The position numbers and the translations under genes are program-made. The notes under the pieces are model-generated. The model saw only the letters and a program-made list of their open reading frames with translations. It did not search any database and was not told the DNA's origin. DNA of 64,000 nucleotides from NCBI GenBank assembly GCA_043808785.1, contig JAZDEL010000001.1, forward strand, positions 130,122-194,121. The letters run 5' to 3'. The DNA comes from Candidatus Iainarchaeum sp. (lineage in GTDB: Archaea > Iainarchaeota > Iainarchaeia > Iainarchaeales > JAZDEL01). Shown here piece by piece: positions 46,993 to 55,858 of this stretch; within the stretch, counting starts at the first letter, position 1; the number at the start of each line of letters is the position of its first letter.

Positions 46993-47961
46993 ATGAAATC
47001 GTTTTTCCTGCTCTGCCTTATTGTGCCCGCGCTGCTGCTTTGCGGCTGCGCGCAGGAGCCCAGGCCGGGAGCAGGCGCTGGCGCTGCTGCGGAATACGGC
47101 TGCGATTACAGCTGGTACCAGAAAATAACGGATAAGGCAACGGGGGAAATAGTATGGGCATGCCCCGGCACGCACCCATACTGCAAAACAGGGACTGCGC
47201 AGTGCTGCAAATACGACGACGAGAAAAAGGAGCACTTTGACTGCATTGATTGCAGGGACGGGCGCTGCAGCGGGACTTCCCCCGCATACCGGGATGAAAG
47301 CGGGAAGGAGCCGGACGAAGCGCAAACATGCTCCAATGCCGAGTATTCAACGGAAATAGCAAACGACTCATGGGCTTACGGCTGGGACAAGTTCATAGAG
47401 CTGGACTGGGAGAGCCAAAACAGGCTGAGGGCAAAGGCTGCCGAGGAGGGAAGCACTGCCCTGCAGGGCATAAGCGATTTGGGCTGCATAGAATACCTCG
47501 ACCTCAGCGCGTTCGATTACAAGGAATATAAGGGAATTACAAGCATTGCTGCCTTGAGCGCTGTTTCAAGCCTGAAAGTGCTCCGGCTGAAAGCAACCCC
47601 GGTTTCGGACCTTTCCCCGATAAGCGGCTTAACCAATCTCGAGGAGCTTGACCTGATAGGTGCCGATATTTCCAGCCTGTCCGCAATAAGCGGCCTCAAA
47701 AAATTGAAGGTTCTGAGAATAAACCTGACTGATGTTTCGGACCTTTCCCCGCTGGGCGGGCTGGCAAGCCTTGAATATTTCTCCATGAACCGCGTGAAAG
47801 TTACGGACATCTCGCCTCTGGCAGGCCTCAAGAGTTTGAAAGACGCAGACCTGATGTACAACGAGCAGATTCCGCAGCAGGACTGCATTGCATTGAGGGA
47901 GCAGCTCCCGAACACCGATGTCTGCTGCCCGGGAATCGGCTGCGACCCGAGATTCAATTAG
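46993..47961 (+). CDS. Leucine-rich-repeat lipoprotein
   Basis: Lipobox LLLCGC, then repeated L..L.L....(I/V)SDLSPL(S/A)GL..L LRR units. Confidence 0.75.
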   Translation: MKSFFLLCLIVPALLLCGCAQEPRPGAGAGAAAEYGCDYSWYQKITDKATGEIVWACPGTHPYCKTGTAQCCKYDDEKKEHFDCIDCRDGRCSGTSPAYRDESGKEPDEAQTCSNAEYSTEIANDSWAYGWDKFIELDWESQNRLRAKAAEEGSTALQGISDLGCIEYLDLSAFDYKEYKGITSIAALSAVSSLKVLRLKATPVSDLSPISGLTNLEELDLIGADISSLSAISGLKKLKVLRINLTDVSDLSPLGGLASLEYFSMNRVKVTDISPLAGLKSLKDADLMYNEQIPQQDCIALREQLPNTDVCCPGIGCDPRFN

Positions 47962-48124
47962 AACAGCCTTTTCGGAGCGCGAAACCTTTGCGGTTTCGCT
48001 TCCAAAAGGATTTCGGGCTTTTGCCCGAAAACTTTCGGCCAATGGCTGAAATCCTGGCGAAAACTGCAGTTGTTCGCCCGCAGGCGAACTGTTCTTGCGC
48101 GGACACAGTTCCGAAACTGCGCTA

Positions 48125-48175
48125 ATTGGGCTTTGCCCAATTGCGCCCATTTGGCTACGGCCAAATAGGGCGTTT
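48125..48175. repeat. Structured intergenic repeat, copy B (reverse complement of 26945-26998), inside a hairpin-rich region at 47990-48290
   Basis: GCCCAATTGCGCCCATTTGGCTACGGCCAAATAGGG. Neighbouring hairpins include TTCGGGC-tttt-GCCCGAA, GTTCGCC-cgca-GGCGAAC and GCCCGCC-gaa-GGCGGGC. Confidence 0.45.
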
Positions 48176-48295
48176 CGGAAATTTTCGGGCGTTACGCCCG
48201 AAGCCATCCGCGCGTGATGTGTGCGGCTTTCAGCCACGCTTGCCCGCCGAAGGCGGGCTATTTCTTTTGTCAACTTTTCTTTCCCAAAGAAAAGT

Positions 48296-48380
48296 TGCAG
48301 GGAGCAGGATTCGAACCTGCGAAAGGCACTAAGCCACAGGGTTCTAAGCCCTGCCCCTTTGGCCGCTTGGGTATCCCTGC
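48296..48380 (-). tRNA. tRNA-Leu (anticodon UAG), class II with a long variable arm
   Basis: Acceptor GCAGGGA/UCCCUGC, anticodon stem CAGGG/CCCUG with loop CUUAGAA, variable arm UGGCUUAGUGCCUUUC, T-loop UUCGAAU. Confidence 0.8.
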
Positions 48381-48472
48381 AATTGTAAAAATTAGTGTCT
48401 CGCGGATTATATAATCCTTTTCCCGCGCCCTAAACAAACTCCACGTCGCGCACCTGCGCAACCGCGCCGCAC

Positions 48473-48970
48473 CTAAACAAACTCCACAGTAACATCCGCG
48501 TTCAGCAGCATCTTCAGCCCCTTCTCAAGCCCGGCAGCATCCGTGATTGCCTTGCTTTCATCCGCCTTCGCAATCTTGACCTTAAAACTCGTGCTCTCCT
48601 GCCTGAAAACCTTGTCCACGCCCATCAGCCTCGCCATCCCCACAAAATCCTGTATCATTTTCTTCTCGTCCCTGCTCTTCTCCACTATGCGCACCTTCTT
48701 CCCTAAATCGCGGCTCATCTCCGCGACAATAATTCCGCGCCTCCCTATGATGGAGCCAATCTTCCCCGTGCAGAGCAGCACTATCAGCCCGTTTAACTCC
48801 AGCGCCTTCCTGAACTCTATGTCGGGCTCGAAAAATCGCCTTGAAAGCTTGTAAAGCAGCCTTGAAACCCGCACATCCAGCTCGCTAATCTCGTGCGCGT
48901 CGAACTTCCTCTGGCACTCTATGCACAGCACATCCCTTTTCAGGTCGTTCTCACATATCGCAGTGCGCAA
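48473..48970 (-). CDS. KH-domain RNA-binding protein with an N-terminal zinc ribbon (Dim2/NusA-like)
   Basis: CENDLKRDVLCIECQ zinc ribbon; KH GxxG motif IGSIIGRRG; a second KH-like segment. Confidence 0.5.
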   Translation of the reverse strand: MRTAICENDLKRDVLCIECQRKFDAHEISELDVRVSRLLYKLSRRFFEPDIEFRKALELNGLIVLLCTGKIGSIIGRRGIIVAEMSRDLGKKVRIVEKSRDEKKMIQDFVGMARLMGVDKVFRQESTSFKVKIAKADESKAITDAAGLEKGLKMLLNADVTVEFV

Positions 48971-49033
48971 AAAACCACCCGCCTTGCGGCGCGTACATGT
49001 AAATAAAAAGGGGAAAAAAGAAACCCCCGAAAC

Positions 49034-49306
49034 TCACTTATTGAGGGTTATCTCTATTGCCGAAACCTTCAGCGGGTTGCCCTCGTCCGTGGCGATTTCC
49101 TCCGTTGAAATCTCTATGCCTCCGAGCTTTATCTGCTGCATGAACTTGTTTTTCACTATTTCGGCGACATCCACAGCGCGCGATATGGCCTTGCCGCGCG
49201 CCTTAAGAGTGACAGTCTTTGCCCCCATATTCAGCTGCGTAACCACCGCAAGCACGTATGCCATGGTTCCCTTCTTTCCTACGAACACAATGTTCTCTTC
49301 AGCCAT
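49034..49306 (-). CDS. albA: Alba chromatin / DNA-RNA-binding protein
   Basis: [21 protein letters not shown]...[20 protein letters not shown]...IEISTEEI in a 90-aa protein. Confidence 0.9.
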   Translation of the reverse strand: MAEENIVFVGKKGTMAYVLAVVTQLNMGAKTVTLKARGKAISRAVDVAEIVKNKFMQQIKLGGIEISTEEIATDEGNPLKVSAIEITLNK

Positions 49307-49538
49307 TGGAATACCTCCGTAATTGGTGCCTGTTGCAGATATCCCTGCACTGTGCTTCTAATATAATGCCTGTAACGGTTTTAAATGGTTGCGTTTTTCC
49401 GATGGGGAGAAAACCCGGATTGCGAAAAAAACAACAAAAACCAGCGGGCGGGTTTTTTGGGTTTGTTTTTCAGGGCGGCATGCGGCAAGCCGATGCATGG
49501 CTGCCTGTTTTGGAACAATGCCCTTATGCAGGAACCCT

Positions 49539-50393
49539 TTACTTCAGGTACCTGAGCGTTGATTCAAATATCCCGCGCGTTGTGCCCGGGTTATAGTTGA
49601 AATAGATGCTCTTGCCAATCACAAGCTTCTTCTCCACAATCGCGGGGTACTGCTTCTTTGTGGGGCCGACATCCTCGATGTATGCAATTTCCTTGCCGTC
49701 CGTGGTAACATCAAGTACCGTGAAATATTCGTTCACCATGGGATCCGCGGGCGCAACAGGTATGCCGCGCATTATGGGGTGTTCCTCGTCTATGCGGTAT
49801 ATCTTGCCCATTACACTTATCCTGTTCATGCACACGGGCTGGTTGTTTATTACCCTGTCGCAGTCCACGGGCACGACGCTGCCGAAGGTGTTCTTCCATC
49901 CCGCAACATCCGGCGCACCCGGCCTTGTTATTCCCGAGTCAAGCACAACAATCAGTTTCCCGCCGCGCTTTACGTAGCCCTCTATGGCTTCGCCGAGTTC
50001 GCGCGATACCGACTTATTCGCCTGCTCCTGCTGGTCGAGCATCACAATATCGTAATATGCCAGCTGCTCCTTCGGGTTCCTCTCAAGCATGGAAGGGTCC
50101 ATTATCCTGTATGCCACAAGATCGCGCGAGTCGTCGAGTATTGTTATTACTTCCTGCGATGTCGCGCCTATTATGAGCATGCTCGATGGCTGGCTCTTGC
50201 CCTTTATAATGTCCGCAACAACCCCCACAACGGGCGTGTTGCTGGTTATCACATCAAACTGCACCGCAAGGAAAAACCCTATCACAAGAATGAGAATAAC
50301 GGGAATAAGCCCCTCAAGGTTGTGCGTTACCGCGTACTTGAAATTTCCCCCGCCCCCGGGTTCCGGTGCCGCGCCCCCCTCTTCAGGATACAT
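49539..50393 (-). CDS. Membrane-anchored protein with a class-I glutamine-amidotransferase-like (ThuA/DUF4159-like) domain
   Basis: N-terminal TM helix, then MLIIGATSQ...YDIVMLDQQE...GGKLIVVLDSG. The start was placed at the Met at 50393. Confidence 0.5.
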   Translation of the reverse strand: MYPEEGGAAPEPGGGGNFKYAVTHNLEGLIPVILILVIGFFLAVQFDVITSNTPVVGVVADIIKGKSQPSSMLIIGATSQEVITILDDSRDLVAYRIMDPSMLERNPKEQLAYYDIVMLDQQEQANKSVSRELGEAIEGYVKRGGKLIVVLDSGITRPGAPDVAGWKNTFGSVVPVDCDRVINNQPVCMNRISVMGKIYRIDEEHPIMRGIPVAPADPMVNEYFTVLDVTTDGKEIAYIEDVGPTKKQYPAIVEKKLVIGKSIYFNYNPGTTRGIFESTLRYLK

Positions 50394-50524
50394 CAATTCA
50401 CCTTTCCAGCGGTTTTCCCGATTATATTTCTGCTTCACTCTGATTATATACCTTACGCATGCGCGCTGCGCAGCGTAAACATTAACCGCTTTGGGGTTAA
50501 TAAACTTTTCCCCAGCCCTTGCGC

Positions 50525-51565
50525 CTACGAAATCCTCAGCATGCCGTAATACATATTCTCCACAAGGCTGTAGTAGCAGTGCTCGGTGCATTCCTCCCCC
50601 GGCTCGTTCGGCCTGACGAACTGTTCGGGGGGCAGGGCATAATAAGCCCACCTCTCTCCAGTCCCCGCGGTTACGATAACCGGAAAGTTCCTTCCCAAAT
50701 CCATTTTGTTCTTCGAGATAAGGTTCCCGCCGTAATCCACGCTGAGCACGCGCGTGCTGCTTCCCCCTTCCTCGTCCACAATCGCGAAATCCCCATACAT
50801 TATGAGGTTCGGGTTCAGGCCGTAAATCAGCGGGTGCTCGTTCTCCTGCCCTATGTCAAGCCTTCCTATCTGCGGCGCCCCGCTTTTACAATCCTTGAAC
50901 TGGCAGTAATTCCCTATGTACCTGAGGTTAAGCATCGTGTCGAGGTTTATGCTGAGGTTCCTGTCCCCGTCGCGGTAATGCCTTGCCCACGGGCTGAGTT
51001 CCTTAACCTGCGCGCGCCACATGCAGTTTATGTCGTCTATCTTCAGCTGCTTGTCGCGCCAGAGCTTCTCCTGGTCTATGTCCTCGCATATATCCAGGCC
51101 CGCGCGCTCGTACTGGTAAAGCATCCTGTCGCCCGAAGCAAGTTCCGCTCCCGCGTCCCCCGTCCATACAAGCCTTCCTCCCCCGATTGCGTAATCCACA
51201 AGCATCTTCATTTTCTCGGTGCTCATTGTGCGCGCGTGCTCCACAATTACAAGCTGGTATTTTTTCAGGTTCCCGAGGGTTACGGTATCGATGTGCGCGG
51301 TGCGCGCCCTAACGCCTATGCGCCCCCTGTCCCCGAGTACGCTCTGCAGCAGCTGCGGGTCCCCCAGCCCGTCATCGCCGTAAACAATCAGCACCTGCGG
51401 CTCGCCGAAAACCGCCCGCCACACTGTGCAGCCCTCGGGGATAACATTGCAGCCGAAGACCCACATCACGACGCCGAGCAGCACTCCAACAAGCACGAGC
51501 AGGATTGCGGCCCTGTACGCCAGGTATGGCAAAGACTGCTGCTGCATTCCGTTCATTTCACGCAC
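50525..51565 (-). CDS. Paralogous membrane-anchored GATase1-like domain protein
   Basis: N-terminal TM, then VLIVYGDDG...YQLVIVEHAR...GGRLVWTGDAG. Confidence 0.5.
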   Translation of the reverse strand: MREMNGMQQQSLPYLAYRAAILLVLVGVLLGVVMWVFGCNVIPEGCTVWRAVFGEPQVLIVYGDDGLGDPQLLQSVLGDRGRIGVRARTAHIDTVTLGNLKKYQLVIVEHARTMSTEKMKMLVDYAIGGGRLVWTGDAGAELASGDRMLYQYERAGLDICEDIDQEKLWRDKQLKIDDINCMWRAQVKELSPWARHYRDGDRNLSINLDTMLNLRYIGNYCQFKDCKSGAPQIGRLDIGQENEHPLIYGLNPNLIMYGDFAIVDEEGGSSTRVLSVDYGGNLISKNKMDLGRNFPVIVTAGTGERWAYYALPPEQFVRPNEPGEECTEHCYYSLVENMYYGMLRIS

Positions 51566-51883
51566 CGCCCTTTGCGCCGCAATATGCCTGCCGCATTCCG
51601 TTCATTGCCCGCACCTTCCGCACATCGGGCTTTGCAAGGTTGCCGCATTCCCACTCACCAAAAACACCCTTTCCATTTCGCCGATTCGGTCTGCAGGGTT
51701 CGCCGCAGCTGCAAACCCGCACCCGCTCAGCCGAACCAAAAGGTTTTTATGCCTTGGTCGGCACTAATCTAATAGTAACCCCGCATATTTAATTGTTTTT
51801 GTTGGGTTATGCGCGGGCTTGCCGCGCATGAAAATGTGAAAAGGCCCTGGCGGCGCTTGTGCCGCCAAAGCAAAGGTGAAAAA

Positions 51884-52057
51884 ATGAAATTCCAGAAAAG
51901 CCCTTCCGCATCCCAGGGTTCCGGGCCGAGCTCGAGCATAGGGATAATGCGCTTCTTCGATGTCGAAAGCGGCGGCCCGAAGCTGAGCCCGGAGTTCGTG
52001 CTCGCGGTTGCGGTCGTTTTCAGCGTTATTATGCTGGCGCTGCATTTGATGGGCTGA
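51884..52057 (+). CDS. secG: Preprotein translocase subunit Sec61-beta
   Basis: SSIGIMRFFDVESGGPKLSPEFVLAVAVVFSVIMLALHL; AGGTGA RBS before the ATG at 51884. Confidence 0.7.
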   Translation: MKFQKSPSASQGSGPSSSIGIMRFFDVESGGPKLSPEFVLAVAVVFSVIMLALHLMG

Positions 52058-52242
52058 GCCTGCCGCTTGCCAGTTTGTCCAAATCGGCAACTGTCCTGCT
52101 CCTGAACCCGTATTTCTTGATGTGCCTGCGGCAGGACTCAATCATTTCCTTAACGACTTCATCGCGGATTTCCTTGCCCATATGTTCGCCCCCATCACAC
52201 CCGGCAAAATTGGCAAGAATCTCTATTATGCAGCCGTGTGCC

Positions 52243-52575
52243 CTAATCGTAAAACTTGTCCCTGTGCCCGCAGTCAAAAAACTTTATGGCCTCATTATCC
52301 ATGCCGGTACAATCAGCACACCCGTTTAAGGCAGTGTGCCCAAGCCTTCTGCACTCCTCGCAAACTGCGAAAGTCACGCGGTATTTTCCCGCCCTTTTTT
52401 TCCTCTTTCCCCTGAACTGCCCCGCAAGAAAAGGGCTGTTATAAAACGGGTTTTCGATAACGCCGTCGACGAGATGTTTTATTCTTTCCTGCACGGCCTT
52501 TTCCAGCTTGCCAAAGTTTTTCTGGAAGACGGATGTGAACCGCGCCTCGTAATTAGCCCCCGAAGACCCTTGCAT
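52243..52575 (-). CDS. RelE/ParE-fold toxin with an inserted CxxC...CxxC zinc ribbon
   Basis: The RelE pattern ...FQKNFGKLEKAVQERI..L..ENP....G..RGKRKKRAGKYRVTFAV...EAIKFFDCGHRDKFYD is interrupted by CEECRRLGHTALNGCADCTG. It overlaps the stop of the upstream Panacea-domain gene. Confidence 0.6.
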   Translation of the reverse strand: MQGSSGANYEARFTSVFQKNFGKLEKAVQERIKHLVDGVIENPFYNSPFLAGQFRGKRKKRAGKYRVTFAVCEECRRLGHTALNGCADCTGMDNEAIKFFDCGHRDKFYD

Positions 52576-53218
52576 ATGTCAGCGCCCTCTCCCCTTTGGC
52601 TTTGGCAGCAGCGGCTTTGAGGGATTCGCATTCCTCGGCGTTCAGGTAAGTCATCAGGGTCTCAAGCCAGCCCTCGTCTATTTTAAAAATTTTCTTCGCG
52701 TTTTCCTCGGGCAGGTTAATCAGGAGCGGGGTTTTTTCGGGCATTTCTCCGATAGGCAGGTCGCCGGCAGGGGTTTTTATGGTCATTGCATAGATTTCTT
52801 TTTTCAGTTCCGCCAAGTTGCGGCCGGATTCGGCACGGACAACTTTCGCAATCCTTGCCATGATTTCCTTGTTATCCTCAAATACAGGCGCCATTTCCCT
52901 GAGTATTGCGTTCCCTTTGGCGGTAAGCCTGGCGTTTGAAGTTATGAGCCCCTCCTCCACCAGGCCCTGGTAGTCCTCGAAGCCGAGTTCAAATGAGAAC
53001 GGGCCGTAGTGGTAGCGCACAAAGGGATAGCTGAACGCCTTTATCCTCTCTTTTTGCAGGCTGTGCTCTGCCTTGAATATGATTTTCACAAGCTTTGTGA
53101 TGCCTTCCGCCCTTCCGTGCCTGTTCGCTTCGCTAATCGAATAGAGCAAAAGCAGGTTGTCTATAGCCTTCTCCCTCGCGCTTCTGGAAGCCATTAAACC
53201 GCCCATATAGTGTTTCAA
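52553..53218 (-). CDS. Panacea-domain (DUF4065) putative antitoxin
   Basis: ITKLVKIIFKAE...FSYPFVRYHYGPFSFEL matches the KLQKLLYxA...F....YGP core of DUF4065. Confidence 0.5.
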   Translation of the reverse strand: MKHYMGGLMASRSAREKAIDNLLLLYSISEANRHGRAEGITKLVKIIFKAEHSLQKERIKAFSYPFVRYHYGPFSFELGFEDYQGLVEEGLITSNARLTAKGNAILREMAPVFEDNKEIMARIAKVVRAESGRNLAELKKEIYAMTIKTPAGDLPIGEMPEKTPLLINLPEENAKKIFKIDEGWLETLMTYLNAEECESLKAAAAKAKGERALTYARVFGG

Positions 53219-53221
53219 CTT

Positions 53222-53986
53222 CTATAAAATATTATCCCTGCCGCCCCGTTTATAAATGGCTATGAGGGTGGGTTTCCAGTGCGGCGGCCCGCGCCGCGGT
53301 TTGTCGGGCAAGCAAAGCCGTTCGCAGCTGCGCGCGAGCGCACTACTTGCCTTTTTTCCCCCTTTTTCTACAAATATCCCCCTGACTGCATCATATTCAT
53401 ACCCTGGCATCGGAGTCGTTTTCTCGGTAAAATATCCCTTCTCAATCAAACTGCGGACAAAGTTGCGATATTTGGAATAGCGGGCAATTGAAGACTTCTC
53501 CTGCCCAATCTTAGTGTGCAAATGCCTCAAGGTGGCGCGCAACTTTGATGCTTCTTTCATCGGCATATCAATCAATTTTTTTTGTGCCTTGAGGTGGTAA
53601 TACCCAATAACCTTCCCATAAGGGTTAATAGTCGCAATATGCCAGACGTTTATCTTTTTGCGCCTGCTCCAGGCATCTCCGACGAATGCCCTTAAATCAC
53701 CGATGGAAGGTAAAGAGGAAGTGGCGATGCCGCGAAGTTCCGGCGCTAGAGCGTCCAAAACTGCCTCAGGGTGCGTATGAATATGCGATTTCTCGGTGCC
53801 TTTTTTAAACGACCTAATCCCAAACCATGGCATTCGAAAAAGAATTCCACGGCGCATTTTGCCCGCAGTTCCCTTGTCTTTGAAGTAGGACATTTCCATA
53901 AAGTCTATGAATCGCGTTTCTTCTATCCTCTGTTTGGCGGTTTTATAGCCTGATGGCAGTCCTTTTGTCTTGCTTGCCTTTATCAT
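53222..53986 (-). CDS. Hypothetical protein (254 aa), first gene of the operon. It is preceded by conserved leader module R1.
   Basis: ATG at 53986. TTTTATATTT TATA about 25 nt upstream. A 4-nt overlap with the downstream Panacea gene. Confidence 0.55.
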   Translation of the reverse strand: MIKASKTKGLPSGYKTAKQRIEETRFIDFMEMSYFKDKGTAGKMRRGILFRMPWFGIRSFKKGTEKSHIHTHPEAVLDALAPELRGIATSSLPSIGDLRAFVGDAWSRRKKINVWHIATINPYGKVIGYYHLKAQKKLIDMPMKEASKLRATLRHLHTKIGQEKSSIARYSKYRNFVRSLIEKGYFTEKTTPMPGYEYDAVRGIFVEKGGKKASSALARSCERLCLPDKPRRGPPHWKPTLIAIYKRGGRDNIL

Positions 53987-54029
53987 CACTATACATTGGG
54001 GATCGAAATATAAAAAGATTCCGCAGCGC

Positions 54030-54140
54030 TTCCCCGCGAACCCCCTCCCCTGAAAACCTTGTCATCCCCAGCCATTACCACCTCCCATTCGGGTTTTTTC
54101 TTACGCCTCGGCGTTTTCGGCTTTAAGCCTTTCCCCCTGA
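54030..54140 (-). promoter_or_regulatory. Conserved promoter/leader module R1 (GGGAGGTG SD, 28-codon short ORF, GGGTTCGCGGGG core)
   Basis: Shares about 70 bp of near-identity with R3 (56727-56835) and a partial match with R2 (55181-55250). The short ORF 53989-54075 begins ATG GCT 4 nt after GGGAGGTG. Confidence 0.45.
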
Positions 54141-54191
54141 TGGGGTCGGTGCGCCTAAAGGCATTGTTCGGGCACAAACCGCCCCGATTTT

Positions 54192-55148
54192 TTACCTGCC
54201 GCCTTGGTTTCCGCGCACAGGCACGGAGCGGACGTTCGGGAACTCGCGCAGGTCGCGAAGGACGCCTTCAACAATTTTTCGGTTGTTGGCACATGCATAA
54301 ACAACATTCTGTGCCAGTTTTTTTTCGACAAACTGCTTGTCAACTTCAAACTCTTCTGCAGTTTTTTTAGATATTTCTTTAAAAATCTCGCTTTTTTTCT
54401 TTTCGTCCAGCCAGCCGTGGGGCGTAATTCTAAGCCCTTCCTGCAAAATATTTGCGAGCCTCTTCCGCCCATATTCCCCCAATATTTTGGTAAAATCCTT
54501 GTATGGCATTTCAGAACCGTGGTCCAACCTAAGCTGTCGCGCAAAACGCTCTGTCGTGCTTTTTCCGCTGAGAAAATCAAAAGCGTGCCTTAAACGATTA
54601 AAATCCTCCCCTGCCCTATCGTATTTTTGCAGTTCATTAAACAATTCGTGGCTTACGCCATATTGCACGAATACCCTATCTTTGAACTTACCTCCCCCTT
54701 GCACACGCATCACAGGGCGCCAGCGTTTTAGTGACTCGTGGCTTAATGGAATGTACTCTGAAATGCTTCCGACCTTTCCCGGATGTTGTGCATTGGTGGC
54801 GCCAGCAATTTCCTTCCCTTGTTGCCAATCTTTATCACCGATTTTGACAAAAAGACCGTGGAACACCTGCACATTTGGCGGAGTTGCCTTACTGTTCTTG
54901 AGGGCTGTGTGCTGTAGGCTGAAATAGCAAAGCCTTTTCGGGTTTTTTATATCATAGAAAGTTATGTTTGTTAAGTTTCCCTTTGGCAGCTTTAACTCCG
55001 GGTGTCCGTATGCTTCCCTGAATTTCCCCCAGTATTCCTTTGAGCGCGCGGGAATTCCGCCGCGCCTGATGCTCGGCAGCAGGAACTTTTTCACGAACTC
55101 GCTCGGCGTGGTGTGCTTCTTCATTGCCGCAAGAACCATTCTTGACAT
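54192..55148 (-). CDS. Hypothetical protein (~318 aa) preceded by leader module R2
   Basis: ATG at 55148 with AGGTG 6 nt upstream and ATATTTAAAC TATA about 35 nt upstream. The annotated Gly-rich N-terminal extension to 55265 is a translation of the repeat. Confidence 0.5.
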   Translation of the reverse strand: MSRMVLAAMKKHTTPSEFVKKFLLPSIRRGGIPARSKEYWGKFREAYGHPELKLPKGNLTNITFYDIKNPKRLCYFSLQHTALKNSKATPPNVQVFHGLFVKIGDKDWQQGKEIAGATNAQHPGKVGSISEYIPLSHESLKRWRPVMRVQGGGKFKDRVFVQYGVSHELFNELQKYDRAGEDFNRLRHAFDFLSGKSTTERFARQLRLDHGSEMPYKDFTKILGEYGRKRLANILQEGLRITPHGWLDEKKKSEIFKEISKKTAEEFEVDKQFVEKKLAQNVVYACANNRKIVEGVLRDLREFPNVRSVPVRGNQGGR

Positions 55149-55180
55149 CTGCGCACCTGTTAGAATAACGGCCCCGAAGT

Positions 55181-55250
55181 TTAAATATTTGCCCCCTGAA
55201 GCCCCCGCGAACCCTCGCCCGCATGCCCCTGCGCCCCCATCACCTCCCCC
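55181..55250 (-). promoter_or_regulatory. Conserved promoter/leader module R2
   Basis: GGAGGTGATG...GGCATGCGGGCGAGGGTTCGCGGGGGC, with a 19-aa short ORF (MGAQGHAGEGSRGLQGANI) ending in the TATA box. Confidence 0.4.
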
Positions 55251-55292
55251 GAAGAATTTTTTCATATAGGGGGTTTTCCCGCCAAATGCAAT

Positions 55293-55574
55293 TTAATGCG
55301 CGGGAATGCCCATCTCCCGCAGCTGCTTTTTAATAAGCTTCTTGGCAGCATCCGTAATCTCCTTCCTCGGCCCGAGTGCAGCAATATCGTATTGGCTGTT
55401 CATCTGGCTGGCTGCATTCTTTATTGCGTTTGCCCCGCCCACCTTGAGGCTTTTGAAGTGCGCATGCAATATCTGCGAGGCGGCGTTGCGGGGAATTCCC
55501 AACTGGAAGAGAACATAACCGTGATTCCTTATTTCTATGCCCGCCCTATTTGCCAGGCCGCAAAGGTTCCGCAT
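55293..55574 (-). CDS. Hypothetical small protein (~93 aa)
   Basis: Protein-like ORF. The lysine-rich N-terminal extension of the longer ORF was trimmed. Confidence 0.35.
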   Translation of the reverse strand: MRNLCGLANRAGIEIRNHGYVLFQLGIPRNAASQILHAHFKSLKVGGANAIKNAASQMNSQYDIAALGPRKEITDAAKKLIKKQLREMGIPAH

Positions 55575-55858
55575 GATGTTTTGTTTTTTCTTTTTTTTAA
55601 AGAACCTTTTTATTGCACCATTGCGCCTGACGGGCTTCGGCCTTTGTTTTCTCCTAAGAGGGCCCATGCCCCCGAAGGGGTCCATACCGCTGCGGAACTT
55701 CGGCACAAAAACACCATACAGAATGTGCTCTCCATGCTTAAATAATTTTGCCCCTGCCCTCGTCGCCCCACTGCGCTTCGATTACCCTCTCCTCGCCCAT
55801 CGGAAATATACCCCCCGCGAAACCTCCCGCGCGCACTGCCGCCCCCCCCAATAATTCC

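Noticed and set aside
52029-52277. 82-aa minus-strand ORF downstream of the RelE-like gene
   Set aside because: It overlaps the convergent sec61-beta gene and the RelE-like 3' end and has no motif support. It was left unannotated.
54059-54370. Small plus-strand ORFs 54059-54370 and 56731-56928 sharing AITTSHSGFFLRLG
   Set aside because: The shared peptide results from reading the repeated promoter/leader module on the non-template strand. The ORFs overlap real minus-strand genes.
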